Shown: positions 1 to 8,329 of the stretch, in pieces
How the letters are laid out: the number at the start of each line of letters is the position of its first letter
How positions within the stretch are numbered: the stretch's first letter is position 1
Assembly (NCBI GenBank): GCA_035531115.1
Contig: DATKTP010000204.1
Coordinates: 4,155-68,154, forward strand
Reading direction: 5' to 3'
DNA: 64,000 nucleotides
Source: Candidatus Deferrimicrobium sp.
GTDB lineage: Archaea > Asgardarchaeota > Lokiarchaeia > Helarchaeales > HEL-GB-A
Notes under the pieces: generated by a model
Seen by the model: only the letters and a program-made list of their open reading frames with translations
The model's database searches: none
What the model was told of the DNA's origin: nothing
Made by a program: the position numbers and the translations under genes

Positions 1-78
1 GATTTCGTTGATGAAGGGACCCTCTTGCCGATCCTCCTCCATCGAATCCCAATCCTCCGTATCCCAATCTTTTCCCAT
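1..78 (-). CDS. 5' end of an unidentified CDS running off the left edge (MGKDWDTEDWDSMEEDRQEGPFINEI...)
   Basis: ATG at 78-76 on the minus strand, 14 nt after the stop of the UFC1-like gene and preceded by GGAG. The frame stays open to position 1. Too short for the ORF track. Confidence 0.3.
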   Translation of the reverse strand, partial: MGKDWDTEDWDSMEEDRQEGPFINEI

Positions 79-92
79 CTCCAAACCGCCCC

Positions 93-656
93 TTAGATAC
101 CAATACTCGTATGTTCGATCGCATAATAATATCCAAGAATTACAAGAAAATGTGGTATTCCAAATTTGCCATCTTTCCTCCAGCGACGCGATAATTCACC
201 AAAACACTTATCTCCAATGCTTACGTGCGCCTCGCGAGCTTCTCGCTTCGCCCTTGGAAATTCCTGCGGATACATCATCCCTAACCGAATCTCAATGACA
301 CGCCCACGCTCACGACTATTCTTGCCCATGCGAAAGACCGCTTGCCAGATGCGACTATTGCGTGCTACTTGGGTCAATTCATCGTACACCGGAAATCCCA
401 CTTGCGCTATATACTTCTCCTTTAAAAATTCAAAGATTCGCAGTTCTTCTTCGACTCGTTGGCTCCATTGTGGCGATCGCACCCCTAAGGTATTCTCAAA
501 CAAAGGAAGCTTCTCTAGAATGATTGCCCCTTCAATTTTTAATTGATAAGGGGTGAGAAAATGCACATTAATATAATCTTTATGTACATCTATGGAAATT
601 GAGTCAATAAATTTCCCCAGATCGATGCTGTCCTTATCCTCATCTCTGTTGCTCAA
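93..656 (-). CDS. UFC1-like E2 (UFM1-conjugating-enzyme-like) protein with an N-terminal extension
   Basis: 187 aa. By-eye alignment to human UFC1 as I remember it: 'GVRSPQWSQRVEEELRIF' vs 'GPRDRELWVQRLKEEYQSL'. Also 'IGDKCFGELSRRWRKDGKFGIPHFLVILGYYYAIE' vs '[38 protein letters not shown]', with Cys at the catalytic position. 'YPQEFP' is an E2-flap-like motif. Confidence 0.6.
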   Translation of the reverse strand: MSNRDEDKDSIDLGKFIDSISIDVHKDYINVHFLTPYQLKIEGAIILEKLPLFENTLGVRSPQWSQRVEEELRIFEFLKEKYIAQVGFPVYDELTQVARNSRIWQAVFRMGKNSRERGRVIEIRLGMMYPQEFPRAKREAREAHVSIGDKCFGELSRRWRKDGKFGIPHFLVILGYYYAIEHTSIGI

Positions 657-771
657 TTTCCCATCAAAGACCTTTTTATTTTAATAAATTACTTACTTTA
701 ATCCCTTTGATATTTCCCTCTGAGAAAAAAAGGCATAAAATTAGGATTGTAGAAAAATAACGTTCGTTTAT

Positions 772-1041
772 TTATCCAAGCTGATCTGGCGTGCCAATGA
801 CGTAATGGTTTGTTCTATAACTGTCAATTACTTCTCTAACCGTTTTATCAGACCAATTTTGGACTATCGCGCCATCCTTTGTGGCGATTCCAACACGTTG
901 AGGCACGGGCTGAAAAAGTTGTTTAGCGGCTCGCCCACAAAAGTCTCTCATCAATTCTCCGCTTACCGCAACCACTTGCCATTTCTTATTTTCATTCGCT
1001 GCATTCTCAAAGGTTAAAGTTACAATTTCCTCTTCAGACAT
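772..1041 (-). CDS. UFM1-like ubiquitin-fold modifier ending in a single exposed Gly
   Basis: 89 aa with a beta-grasp-like pattern. 'AAKQLFQPVPQRVGIATKDGAIV' vs human UFM1 'AAEEFKVPAATSAIITNDGIGI' (from memory). C-terminus 'VIGTPDQLG*' vs UFM1 'IIPRDRVG|SC'. Sits directly upstream of the UFC1-like gene on the same strand. Confidence 0.6.
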   Translation of the reverse strand: MSEEEIVTLTFENAANENKKWQVVAVSGELMRDFCGRAAKQLFQPVPQRVGIATKDGAIVQNWSDKTVREVIDSYRTNHYVIGTPDQLG

Positions 1042-1222
1042 TTCACCAACTCACCTAATATTTTAATTGTTCAAAAATAATAATTTTACACGAATCTATA
1101 TTAATCAAGGAAACGGTTTCTTTTAAAGATAAGTATTATCGTTATAGTTCCACTGTATGCTTTCAAAAAGTCGAAAATACCCCCCAATTTCGAGCTAAAA
1201 AAAAGAAAAGAAGAAATGAGAA

Positions 1223-1528
1223 CTAATTCAGATAATCGCGAAGATCGCTCTGTGTTTGTTCATCAACCCCTTTGTCAAGATCCCAGATGTCTTTAATTAG
1301 CTTTAAAATTTTTTCTTTATTCAAAGAATTTATTTTCGATCGTAATTTCTTAATAAGTTCAGATTTTGGATAAAATACGATTTGAGATCCATATTTGTTA
1401 TGAACCAATTGATTAATATCTCCTTTTAACAGATAAATTTCAACCTTCTTCGCCAATAACGGATAAATTACTGTATCTTTTTCTTTAAGACCACCAAAAC
1501 TCCGTTTTACATCAATAATTGTATCCAA
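1223..1528 (-). CDS. hypothetical protein
   Basis: 101-aa ORF from a TTG. The frame stays open about 33 codons further upstream (to ~1624) without any ATG/GTG/TTG, so the true N-terminus is uncertain. Confidence 0.4.
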   Translation of the reverse strand: MDTIIDVKRSFGGLKEKDTVIYPLLAKKVEIYLLKGDINQLVHNKYGSQIVFYPKSELIKKLRSKINSLNKEKILKLIKDIWDLDKGVDEQTQSDLRDYLN

Positions 1529-1670
1529 CTTTTGCCCTTTCTCTAAAAGAATATATTTCCCCTTGATTTTATAAGGATTCTTAGTAAAATCATGAACGAT
1601 ATTATTACAAAAATAGATATGAAATCATAGATATGATTCGATGTCGGTTTGATCTAATCTCTTAAAAACG

Positions 1671-2747
1671 CTAAAAAAATGGGATCACAACACCCGTTCT
1701 TCTTATACATTCAACAGCTTTCATTAAATCTCCTGTCATTTTATACGCAAAGGATAGATTCCGCCACGCTGTATTATTGAAAGGTTCAAGTTCAGTTACC
1801 TTCGTCAAACATCTAATTCCTTCGTTATAATCGCCCATTGATACATAGGCAATCCCTAATAAACTCCAAGCTAAAGCCAATTTTGAATCTATTTTAGTAG
1901 CCTTTTTCGAATATTCTATTACTTTTGACCAGTTTCCCAATTGCTGATAATAAACCCCAATATTAACCAATAATAATGCATTTTCCGGACTCAGTTTTAC
2001 AGCTTTTTCATAAGCTTTTACTGTATCATTTTCTTTTCCCAACTCTCTATAGACATTACCTAAATTATTCCAGGCTTCAAAATTTTTTGGATTGACATCG
2101 ATTGCAATTTTAAATAACAATAGGGCTTCTTTTATTTTCCTTTCGTTGATTGCGGAATTCCCTAATCCAACCCATTCATCTGAATTTTTAGGATCAATTT
2201 GTCCTCCCTCCGTAAAAGCTCTTCTCATATGTTCTTTTGCGGCTTTTTCATCACCTTTATTTAGGCATGAAATAGCTAAATTGTATAATACTATCGGAGT
2301 TTCTTTACTTGATTCTTTGGGGATGACTTCAGCTGCTTTTCTCTGATATTCGAGGGCTAAGTCATATTGCCCAATTCGTTGGTATATGCCACTTAGATTA
2401 TTCCACCAAAGGGCTTGATCAGGTTCAAGCTCTGTGGCCTTTTTACAACATTTTAAAGCATCGTTTACTTTACCTAACCTTTCAAATACTATGCCAAGAC
2501 TTGACCATCCCATCGCATCGTCTGGGTACAGCTCAGTAACCTTTTTATAGTACTCGGAAGCCCTTTTGAAATCTCTCAACATCGTGTAACATGTTCCAAG
2601 ATTAAATAATGCGGATTTATTACCTGAATCAATGTTTATTACTTGTTTAAAAGTTTCAACGGCGAGCGTAATATTATTTTGGTTCATATAACTTTGCGCT
2701 TCTTTGAGTAGCTTCTCAATTTCGGGCTTTTCATTTTTATTAGTCAT
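1671..2747 (-). CDS. tetratricopeptide (TPR) repeat protein
   Basis: 358 aa made almost entirely of 34-aa TPR units, e.g. 'AWNNLGNVYRELGKENDTVKAYEKAVKLSPENA' and 'AWSLLGIAYVSMGDYNEGIRCLTKVTELEPFN'. Confidence 0.9.
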   Translation of the reverse strand: MTNKNEKPEIEKLLKEAQSYMNQNNITLAVETFKQVINIDSGNKSALFNLGTCYTMLRDFKRASEYYKKVTELYPDDAMGWSSLGIVFERLGKVNDALKCCKKATELEPDQALWWNNLSGIYQRIGQYDLALEYQRKAAEVIPKESSKETPIVLYNLAISCLNKGDEKAAKEHMRRAFTEGGQIDPKNSDEWVGLGNSAINERKIKEALLLFKIAIDVNPKNFEAWNNLGNVYRELGKENDTVKAYEKAVKLSPENALLLVNIGVYYQQLGNWSKVIEYSKKATKIDSKLALAWSLLGIAYVSMGDYNEGIRCLTKVTELEPFNNTAWRNLSFAYKMTGDLMKAVECIRRTGVVIPFF

Positions 2748-2776
2748 AATTTCTCATCACCTTTTTTTTCTAATAA

Positions 2777-3238
2777 TTATTTTAATCGCCCTAACCTCTC
2801 TCGTATAGATTCATCATCGCCCATTGCGGCCAAAAAGCGATCAAGTCCTATTGTTATCGAATGCCACTCAATTTGAAAATCCTCAAATTTCCCATGTAAT
2901 GGCATATCTGATTCTATATAAAATTCATTATCGAATACCGAAAAGGTCGTTTCCGGTAGTATGTAGTTTAATTCAAGTCCCAACCGAAACAAAGTCAATA
3001 CTTTATCTGCGGGAAAATCACTAAAGTCCATAATCAAACATTTCGTTACTATCCAATCTTCTAAATTTCGAATTTTCAACCGAAATTTCAAATCTTCATA
3101 TTGAAAAACGGCGTCAATTATGGGAACTGTCTCATTATCACCATTTTTAATATCCTGAAATTGATGATTAATTCTCATTTTCTCTAAAAATTTAGAAATT
3201 TTACCTAGGTTCACTTTTTCTCTCTCATAATTAACCAT
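2777..3238 (-). CDS. hypothetical protein (possibly YbjN/T3SS-chaperone-like fold)
   Basis: 153-aa ORF, 29 nt upstream of the TPR gene on the same strand. The fold suggestion rests only on size and a weak pattern. Confidence 0.5.
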   Translation of the reverse strand: MVNYEREKVNLGKISKFLEKMRINHQFQDIKNGDNETVPIIDAVFQYEDLKFRLKIRNLEDWIVTKCLIMDFSDFPADKVLTLFRLGLELNYILPETTFSVFDNEFYIESDMPLHGKFEDFQIEWHSITIGLDRFLAAMGDDESIRERLGRLK

Positions 3239-3500
3239 CCAATCACCTTCTTGTTTATTCCCTCCAAATTCAGGAGTTTTTTGGTGAGATATATATTTAA
3301 TGTTTTGTTTTATAAATTTATTTAAATGATATCAGCTATCGTTGAATAGAAAAAACCTATAAAAGAGCTGGGGATGTACAAAAATGAAAAAGGACAAGAA
3401 ATGGCTCGTGGGAGTGCTCGTTCTAATCAAACCATTATCTAAATTAATTATCTTTATGTGGCGGAGTGTTTTATTAAGAATTAAATAAATATTAGCAGGG

Positions 3501-3593
3501 ATGTACTCTATGGGAAAAGGAAGGTTTGATCGGGTTTTTGGCATTATCCTTATTACTTTGGGTGCTATTGTTACAATCTTCTGTTTCACGTAA
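3501..3593 (+). CDS. possible small membrane peptide (30 aa)
   Basis: ATG-to-TAA ORF 'MYSMGKGRFDRVFGIILITLGAIVTIFCFT' with one hydrophobic helix. Below the track cutoff. Confidence 0.2.
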   Translation: MYSMGKGRFDRVFGIILITLGAIVTIFCFT

Positions 3594-3617
3594 TTCCTAT
3601 GGCCCAGCATTGACCCG

Positions 3618-3731
3618 ATGGTAGGTCCCGAAATATGGGCACAATACCGAAACATTACCCTCACATTTGCCATTATCGGGTGCGTGGTAATGTCCATCGG
3701 GTTTGTGGCTACCGTCCGATCGCTGAAATAA
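3618..3731 (+). CDS. possible small membrane peptide (37 aa)
   Basis: ATG-to-TAA ORF 'MVGPEIWAQYRNITLTFAIIGCVVMSIGFVATVRSLK' with one hydrophobic helix. More plausible than the antisense 121-aa track ORF. Confidence 0.25.
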   Translation: MVGPEIWAQYRNITLTFAIIGCVVMSIGFVATVRSLK

Positions 3732-3797
3732 ATTAGCGGTATGTTCTCGATCTATAAAGGTAATACCTTGATCCAAGCATTAATCTCAATTCCTTTT

Positions 3798-4901
3798 TTA
3801 TATATCTTTAATTAATTTTAAATAGGATATCGATATTCTTGTTTTGTTTTGAGCGGCAGCAAGGATTTTTTGATTATCTAAAGCAGAGATTTGAAATTCA
3901 TTCTGAATGAGGTTAGCGAGATTGACGATTAAAACTTGATAGGAGCAATTAATTCCGAAATTCATTGAAATAATATGCTGTAAGGTCTTTGTTTCTGCGA
4001 ATGTAAATGCTACTGCCGTTTTTTTTGTGATTGTCTTCACTTCAATGAGTTGAATCGTCTTTAAATATTCACAGTTAATTTGATAATCAATAATTATTTG
4101 ATTGAACCTGCCATCAGAATTATCACTAAGAATATATGGAATTGCTTGAGATAGCGGAAGCATTTCTCCATTAATATCTATATGTGAAACATGAGAACCG
4201 GGGGGTAGGAAATGAAAATAATCGGTAACCTTTTCTTGTTCATCAACAGTAAGGTCGCGTTCATTCTTTAGCGTTGGCTTATATTCTTCCACTAACGGGC
4301 TAATTTCATCCCATTGACTCATATTCTCATTTTCAGATTGGTTTTCACCAATTTTCATTCTTTCTAAAAAAATCTTCTGCAATTTTCGAAGCAAAACGGG
4401 ACAATTTACATCAATACAATGTTGTGGGATCGCAGGATACGATTTTAGTTGGGCTCGAATGTTTTCGGGTGGATTACAAAAGAAACTAAGAAGGTCAAAA
4501 GATATATCGGCACCTGTTCCCGGTGGTCGACTTTTTAGTAGATTCTCGGAGTAACTGTTATCTTCTTGTGGAATTTCAACTCCGTCCTTTCCCACTAGGA
4601 AATATTGCCCCCGCCGCCATACCATCCTATATTCTGGATTAAATTCAACTCTATCCTTTCTTACTGCCAAACTAAGAGATTGTAATGAATGGATTACTTG
4701 ATATGGAATTAGAAGAGCGTGTGGACGTCCGTAATACACTTTTACAAGTGTGGCACTCCAGGGAATTAGAAAGCCTACTTCATTTACCTTTTCACTGAAT
4801 TCTTGAGAGAGATAGCGATATGCTATAAATTCTCCAAGATCGCCTATTAGTCCTGATGGTATTTTGAAATTGAACTTTACTGTGATTCTATTCCGCTCCA
4901 T
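3798..4901 (-). CDS. hypothetical protein with weak PD-(D/E)xK-nuclease-like elements
   Basis: 367 aa. N-terminal 'GDLGEFIAYRYL' and C-terminal 'IQLIEVKT' resemble the helix-1 Glu and E-x-K elements of restriction-endonuclease-fold proteins. The match is weak. Confidence 0.55.
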   Translation of the reverse strand: MERNRITVKFNFKIPSGLIGDLGEFIAYRYLSQEFSEKVNEVGFLIPWSATLVKVYYGRPHALLIPYQVIHSLQSLSLAVRKDRVEFNPEYRMVWRRGQYFLVGKDGVEIPQEDNSYSENLLKSRPPGTGADISFDLLSFFCNPPENIRAQLKSYPAIPQHCIDVNCPVLLRKLQKIFLERMKIGENQSENENMSQWDEISPLVEEYKPTLKNERDLTVDEQEKVTDYFHFLPPGSHVSHIDINGEMLPLSQAIPYILSDNSDGRFNQIIIDYQINCEYLKTIQLIEVKTITKKTAVAFTFAETKTLQHIISMNFGINCSYQVLIVNLANLIQNEFQISALDNQKILAAAQNKTRISISYLKLIKDI

Positions 4902-5092
4902 AATAATTGATTGATTACCTGAATTTTTTTAATATATTTAATTATTTAGGTAAGATCGCTCTTGTAGATTTTTTCAATCCAACTTCTGAAAAAATTTCAC
5001 CCATTGAAAAAGATACAACCCAATTTATCTTTTATTAGAAAAATTAAATAAATTAGTAGAAATTTGATATTATATTACAAATTTTTCCAATA

Positions 5093-5575
5093 AAGAGGGG
5101 AATAAAAATAAACTCAAGGCACGAAAAAATAAAGATATATCAAAAAAAGCTTTCATACCCATTTTCAGAGGAAAAAGCATCAGAAATTATCGATATTTAT
5201 TGGATTTATGCGGAGAATTACGCTATTAACTACCCAGCTTCCACTCCAAGAAGTGGAAAGTGGCTTGTATTCGTAAATAAAAGTAAGATAGACGAAGTAT
5301 GGAAAAAAATAAAAATAGCGACAGAGAAAGGAGAATTGAGTGATTGTGCAAAAGTTTCCACGGCATGCCCGAACTCTAATGCGCAAGATCCGGATAAATA
5401 TGTAATTTGTATTTATACATACGATTCCGATGATATTGATGATGTGAGAAGAGTTCGTGAAAAATTGAGAGATTTAGGTATTACCCATAAAATACCTTAT
5501 AAAACAGATAACGCGACAATGGAAGGGAATTATTTGGTTCGCGGTCATAAAAGAATCAGTAAATATTTTGAATAG
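5093..5575 (+). CDS. DUF1917 (C11orf68/Bles03-like) domain protein; start codon undetermined
   Basis: The conserved pattern 'STPRSGKWLVFVNKSKIDEVWKKIKIATEKGELSDCAKVST...YVICIYTYDSDDIDDVRRVREKLRDLGI...IPYKTDNAT' lies largely upstream of the track start (TTG 5336). The frame is open from 5093, but no ATG/GTG/TTG occurs before 5336. Confidence 0.7.
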   Translation, partial: KRGIKINSRHEKIKIYQKKLSYPFSEEKASEIIDIYWIYAENYAINYPASTPRSGKWLVFVNKSKIDEVWKKIKIATEKGELSDCAKVSTACPNSNAQDPDKYVICIYTYDSDDIDDVRRVREKLRDLGITHKIPYKTDNATMEGNYLVRGHKRISKYFE

Positions 5576-5661
5576 ATATTATTTAAAAATCTTAATGAGA
5601 GAATAGGCAAATATTTAAAACAGTAGGGAGAAGTAGAATAGACAAATTAGGGAGCGATTTT

Positions 5662-6687
5662 ATGTATTATTGCAATATTTGTAAAAAGGAGATCACGAGA
5701 GGAGAATTCTTTTATTCAATGGATAAGTTTGGTAGGGCCCTTTGCAGAGCGCATCAAGAAGCGGAAAGAAGATCTCAAGGGATCTCAGGTCAAAATACAG
5801 AACCGGCAGGTGTAATGGAGGAGCTAGAACCGTCCGAATCTGCTTCTGAAGTGATAAGTGCCTCAGATGAAACCACTAACGATGCGGCGCCAAAGAGCCG
5901 TTGGAGATCGCTCGGCAATACCTTTGTAAAAATGGGCAAAGGGATCGTAAAGGGCGTACGGAAAATTGCGGATTCTTCAAAGAGACGCACTCAAACGCGT
6001 AAATGGAAAGAATCGATTCTTCGTCGGATGACAATAACTCAATTGGAACAGCTCTGTTTTGAGAAAGGAGTCAGTACCAAAAAGAAGGTATTAGAGGAAG
6101 ATAAACGCTCTGATGAGTTCTATTGGAAAGAGGTAAAATGTTCACAAGGCGATCTCGTTGCCCGATTGAAGAGCAAAGTCCCATTAGATATCATAATTTC
6201 CTTCGCTGAGCGGAATTATGTAAATATAAAAGATATCCTTGTCGATATACACCGCACGGAAGCCGCATGGGAATTAAAAGCCCTCGCTGAGAGAAGCAAT
6301 AAAAATGGGGGTAGTATATTACTAGAACTTGAAAAGATAATACGAGAATTCGTTCCTTTGCGCCGATATGATCAAGAACTGTATTACCAAGATACGCTTG
6401 CCCAGTTTTTGCGATCTAAGTTTCATGATACGGAGATAGAAGTCTCTCGCGGTTCTACGCGCCCTGATATTGTCGTGAAAGGCATCGCTATTGAGGTCAA
6501 AGGGCCGACCAGTAATAGAGATTTAGATACCATTGCTAATAAATGCCTTCGATATAGACGATACTTCCCAAGCGGGTTGATATGTGTCCTATTTTCTGTC
6601 AATGTTACTCCACAGTACTACGAAGATTGGTTAAAGGCAATGCAGGAGACGCACCCAGACGTGAGAGTCATAAAGATTCCCCTCTGA
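5662..6687 (+). CDS. zinc-ribbon + PD-(D/E)xK nuclease-like protein
   Basis: 341 aa. N-terminal 'CNICKKE...CRAH' Zn-ribbon. C-terminal 'FLRSKF...EIEVSRGSTRPDIVVKGIAIEVKG' gives the E...D...E-x-K restriction-endonuclease-fold motif. Confidence 0.7.
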   Translation: MYYCNICKKEITRGEFFYSMDKFGRALCRAHQEAERRSQGISGQNTEPAGVMEELEPSESASEVISASDETTNDAAPKSRWRSLGNTFVKMGKGIVKGVRKIADSSKRRTQTRKWKESILRRMTITQLEQLCFEKGVSTKKKVLEEDKRSDEFYWKEVKCSQGDLVARLKSKVPLDIIISFAERNYVNIKDILVDIHRTEAAWELKALAERSNKNGGSILLELEKIIREFVPLRRYDQELYYQDTLAQFLRSKFHDTEIEVSRGSTRPDIVVKGIAIEVKGPTSNRDLDTIANKCLRYRRYFPSGLICVLFSVNVTPQYYEDWLKAMQETHPDVRVIKIPL

Positions 6688-7040
6688 AAGAATTGATAAT
6701 TAGTCTGTTTTTATCTTTACACCTTTTGCATTTTTCTTTAGTTTCTTTAAAATTTCCTTACTCCTAGCGTCTAGTGGATTATCCTGAATTTTTAAAATAA
6801 CTAGATTCGAAAGCTGGGCAAAGGACTCGATAAATCTGGAACGGGATCTTGTGGTAGTACTCTTCGCCTCGGTAGGCTTGAGAAAAAAATAGCTATATTA
6901 GGCGATGATGCAAAAGATAATATTTTAACCTATTTATAACAAGAATAAAATATTTAGAAGGCAAAAAATAGAAAAAAAATATTAAAACTATTTAATGAGG
7001 GAGACCTTATCTACGATTCTTCAGTAAAAATCTAGTAAAT

Positions 7041-8135
7041 CTAACTTTCACTAGACATTTCAACTTTGGAAAGCAAATCATCTAAAATAGTTTGTGATTT
7101 AGAACTATTATTTTTATTTTTATTGGACTCAGCATCAAAAGTAGTAGATTTATCAGAAGATACCTCCGGCTTGATTGAATTAGTGGCAATATCTGTTTTT
7201 TGATTTTCAGGAATTTGGATATTATATTCCATTGAGACAACTGCTTTTTCAGCCATATGTTCTAAATGAGTTAGAAATCTATCTAGTTTGCTTTCTGACC
7301 ATAATTCATTAACTATTGCTTCTATATTATAATTCAATTTGACATTCAAGCTATTTTCTGAATCTAAGCTGGGTAATAATTTTTCAACAGGTGCTGGACT
7401 TTCCTCTGAAAACTTTATTTCAGTATTAGTATCGGGGGAGGGCACTTTAGTTTCTATTTCTTCCTCATGAATAGCGTTTTCTTCATGTTTTTCATTTTCA
7501 GAGGAATGATTAGCAGGATTTTTGAAATCTATCAATTCAAATGAGTCACCGAATGCTCGGATTAATCTAGCTTCAACACAAAGATCAATCCAAAATTTAG
7601 TAGTTACATCGAAGAAGTCATCGTCTTTTATTTCTATATCGGACTCAAGCAATTTCAATCGTAATTTCTCAGAAAGCCCCTTTAAAGTACCTTTACCATC
7701 TGGTTCATTTACAACTAATCCTTTTATAAGCTCGGGAATCGGTTGAGATTCAATCAATGCTCTAAGATCAGTACTTGCATCTGCCCCAAAAATCCATTGA
7801 TGGATCATATTACGTGTCTCCAATTTCCGGTCATAGTAAATTGTCTCACCACTTTTTTTGCGTGTAAGGAAATTTAAATTCACTAAGTAGTTCAATATTC
7901 GTGTAACAGTTTGAGGTCCTATACCTGACTTATCTGAAATTTCTTTTGGGTTCATAGCGCGTTTTTCCTTGCCTAAGGTCATTAATATGGTTTTTGCCTT
8001 GGGCCATGTTATAGATTTGGTCGAAGGTAATTTAATTTGAGATTTTATGGTGGTTTTTTTTATAGCCTTGGTAGAAGTACCACCGGAACTCCCACCAGCA
8101 GGCTGTGTAGGTAAAGTTTGTGTAATTTTTGACAA
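7041..8135 (-). CDS. winged-helix DNA-binding protein with acidic/Ser-rich C-terminal half
   Basis: 364 aa. 'MNPKEISDKSGIGPQTVTRILNYLVNLNFLTRKKSGETIYY' is a typical wHTH. Divergently oriented to the AAA+ operon. Confidence 0.65.
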   Translation of the reverse strand: MSKITQTLPTQPAGGSSGGTSTKAIKKTTIKSQIKLPSTKSITWPKAKTILMTLGKEKRAMNPKEISDKSGIGPQTVTRILNYLVNLNFLTRKKSGETIYYDRKLETRNMIHQWIFGADASTDLRALIESQPIPELIKGLVVNEPDGKGTLKGLSEKLRLKLLESDIEIKDDDFFDVTTKFWIDLCVEARLIRAFGDSFELIDFKNPANHSSENEKHEENAIHEEEIETKVPSPDTNTEIKFSEESPAPVEKLLPSLDSENSLNVKLNYNIEAIVNELWSESKLDRFLTHLEHMAEKAVVSMEYNIQIPENQKTDIATNSIKPEVSSDKSTTFDAESNKNKNNSSKSQTILDDLLSKVEMSSES

Positions 8136-8329
8136 TTTTATGTCACCTAAATATAAAAAAGATATCGCCTATATTTAAATGTTATTGCCTACTAAACCAA
8201 AGTATTGCGCGGTACTATGTTAATAATATAGGACAAAAGTTTTAAAATTGTTTTTTTTGTTAAATTTCGAAGAATTTTTATTTATAATTCTAATAATAAT
8301 TATAGCGTATTTGAGTGAGATGATAGAAT

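Noticed and set aside
8-546. Track ORFs 8-298 (+) and 166-546 (+)
   Set aside because: They are antisense to the UFC1-like gene, which has recognisable E2/UFC1 motifs. Their products are low-complexity Ser/Arg-rich translations, typical shadow ORFs.
3332-3697. 121-aa minus-strand ORF
   Set aside because: The composition looks like a translated AT-rich spacer (runs of F/I/L/N with no domain pattern). The plus strand carries two more plausible small TM-peptide ORFs. Treated as non-coding or uncertain.
6700-6880. 58-codon open frame on the minus strand ('...FIESFAQLSNLVILKIQDNPLDARSKEILKKLKK...') with a leucine-rich-repeat-like LxxLxLxxN pattern in a slightly GC-richer patch
   Set aside because: It has no ATG/GTG/TTG and is very short, with only one LRR-like unit. 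It could be a gene remnant, but I cannot support it as a feature.
8136-8329. Possible replication origin in the spacer next to the Orc1/Cdc6-like gene
   Set aside because: I found no repeated ORB-like elements or inverted repeats in the 194-nt spacer, and the AAA+ protein is too divergent to be assumed an initiator.
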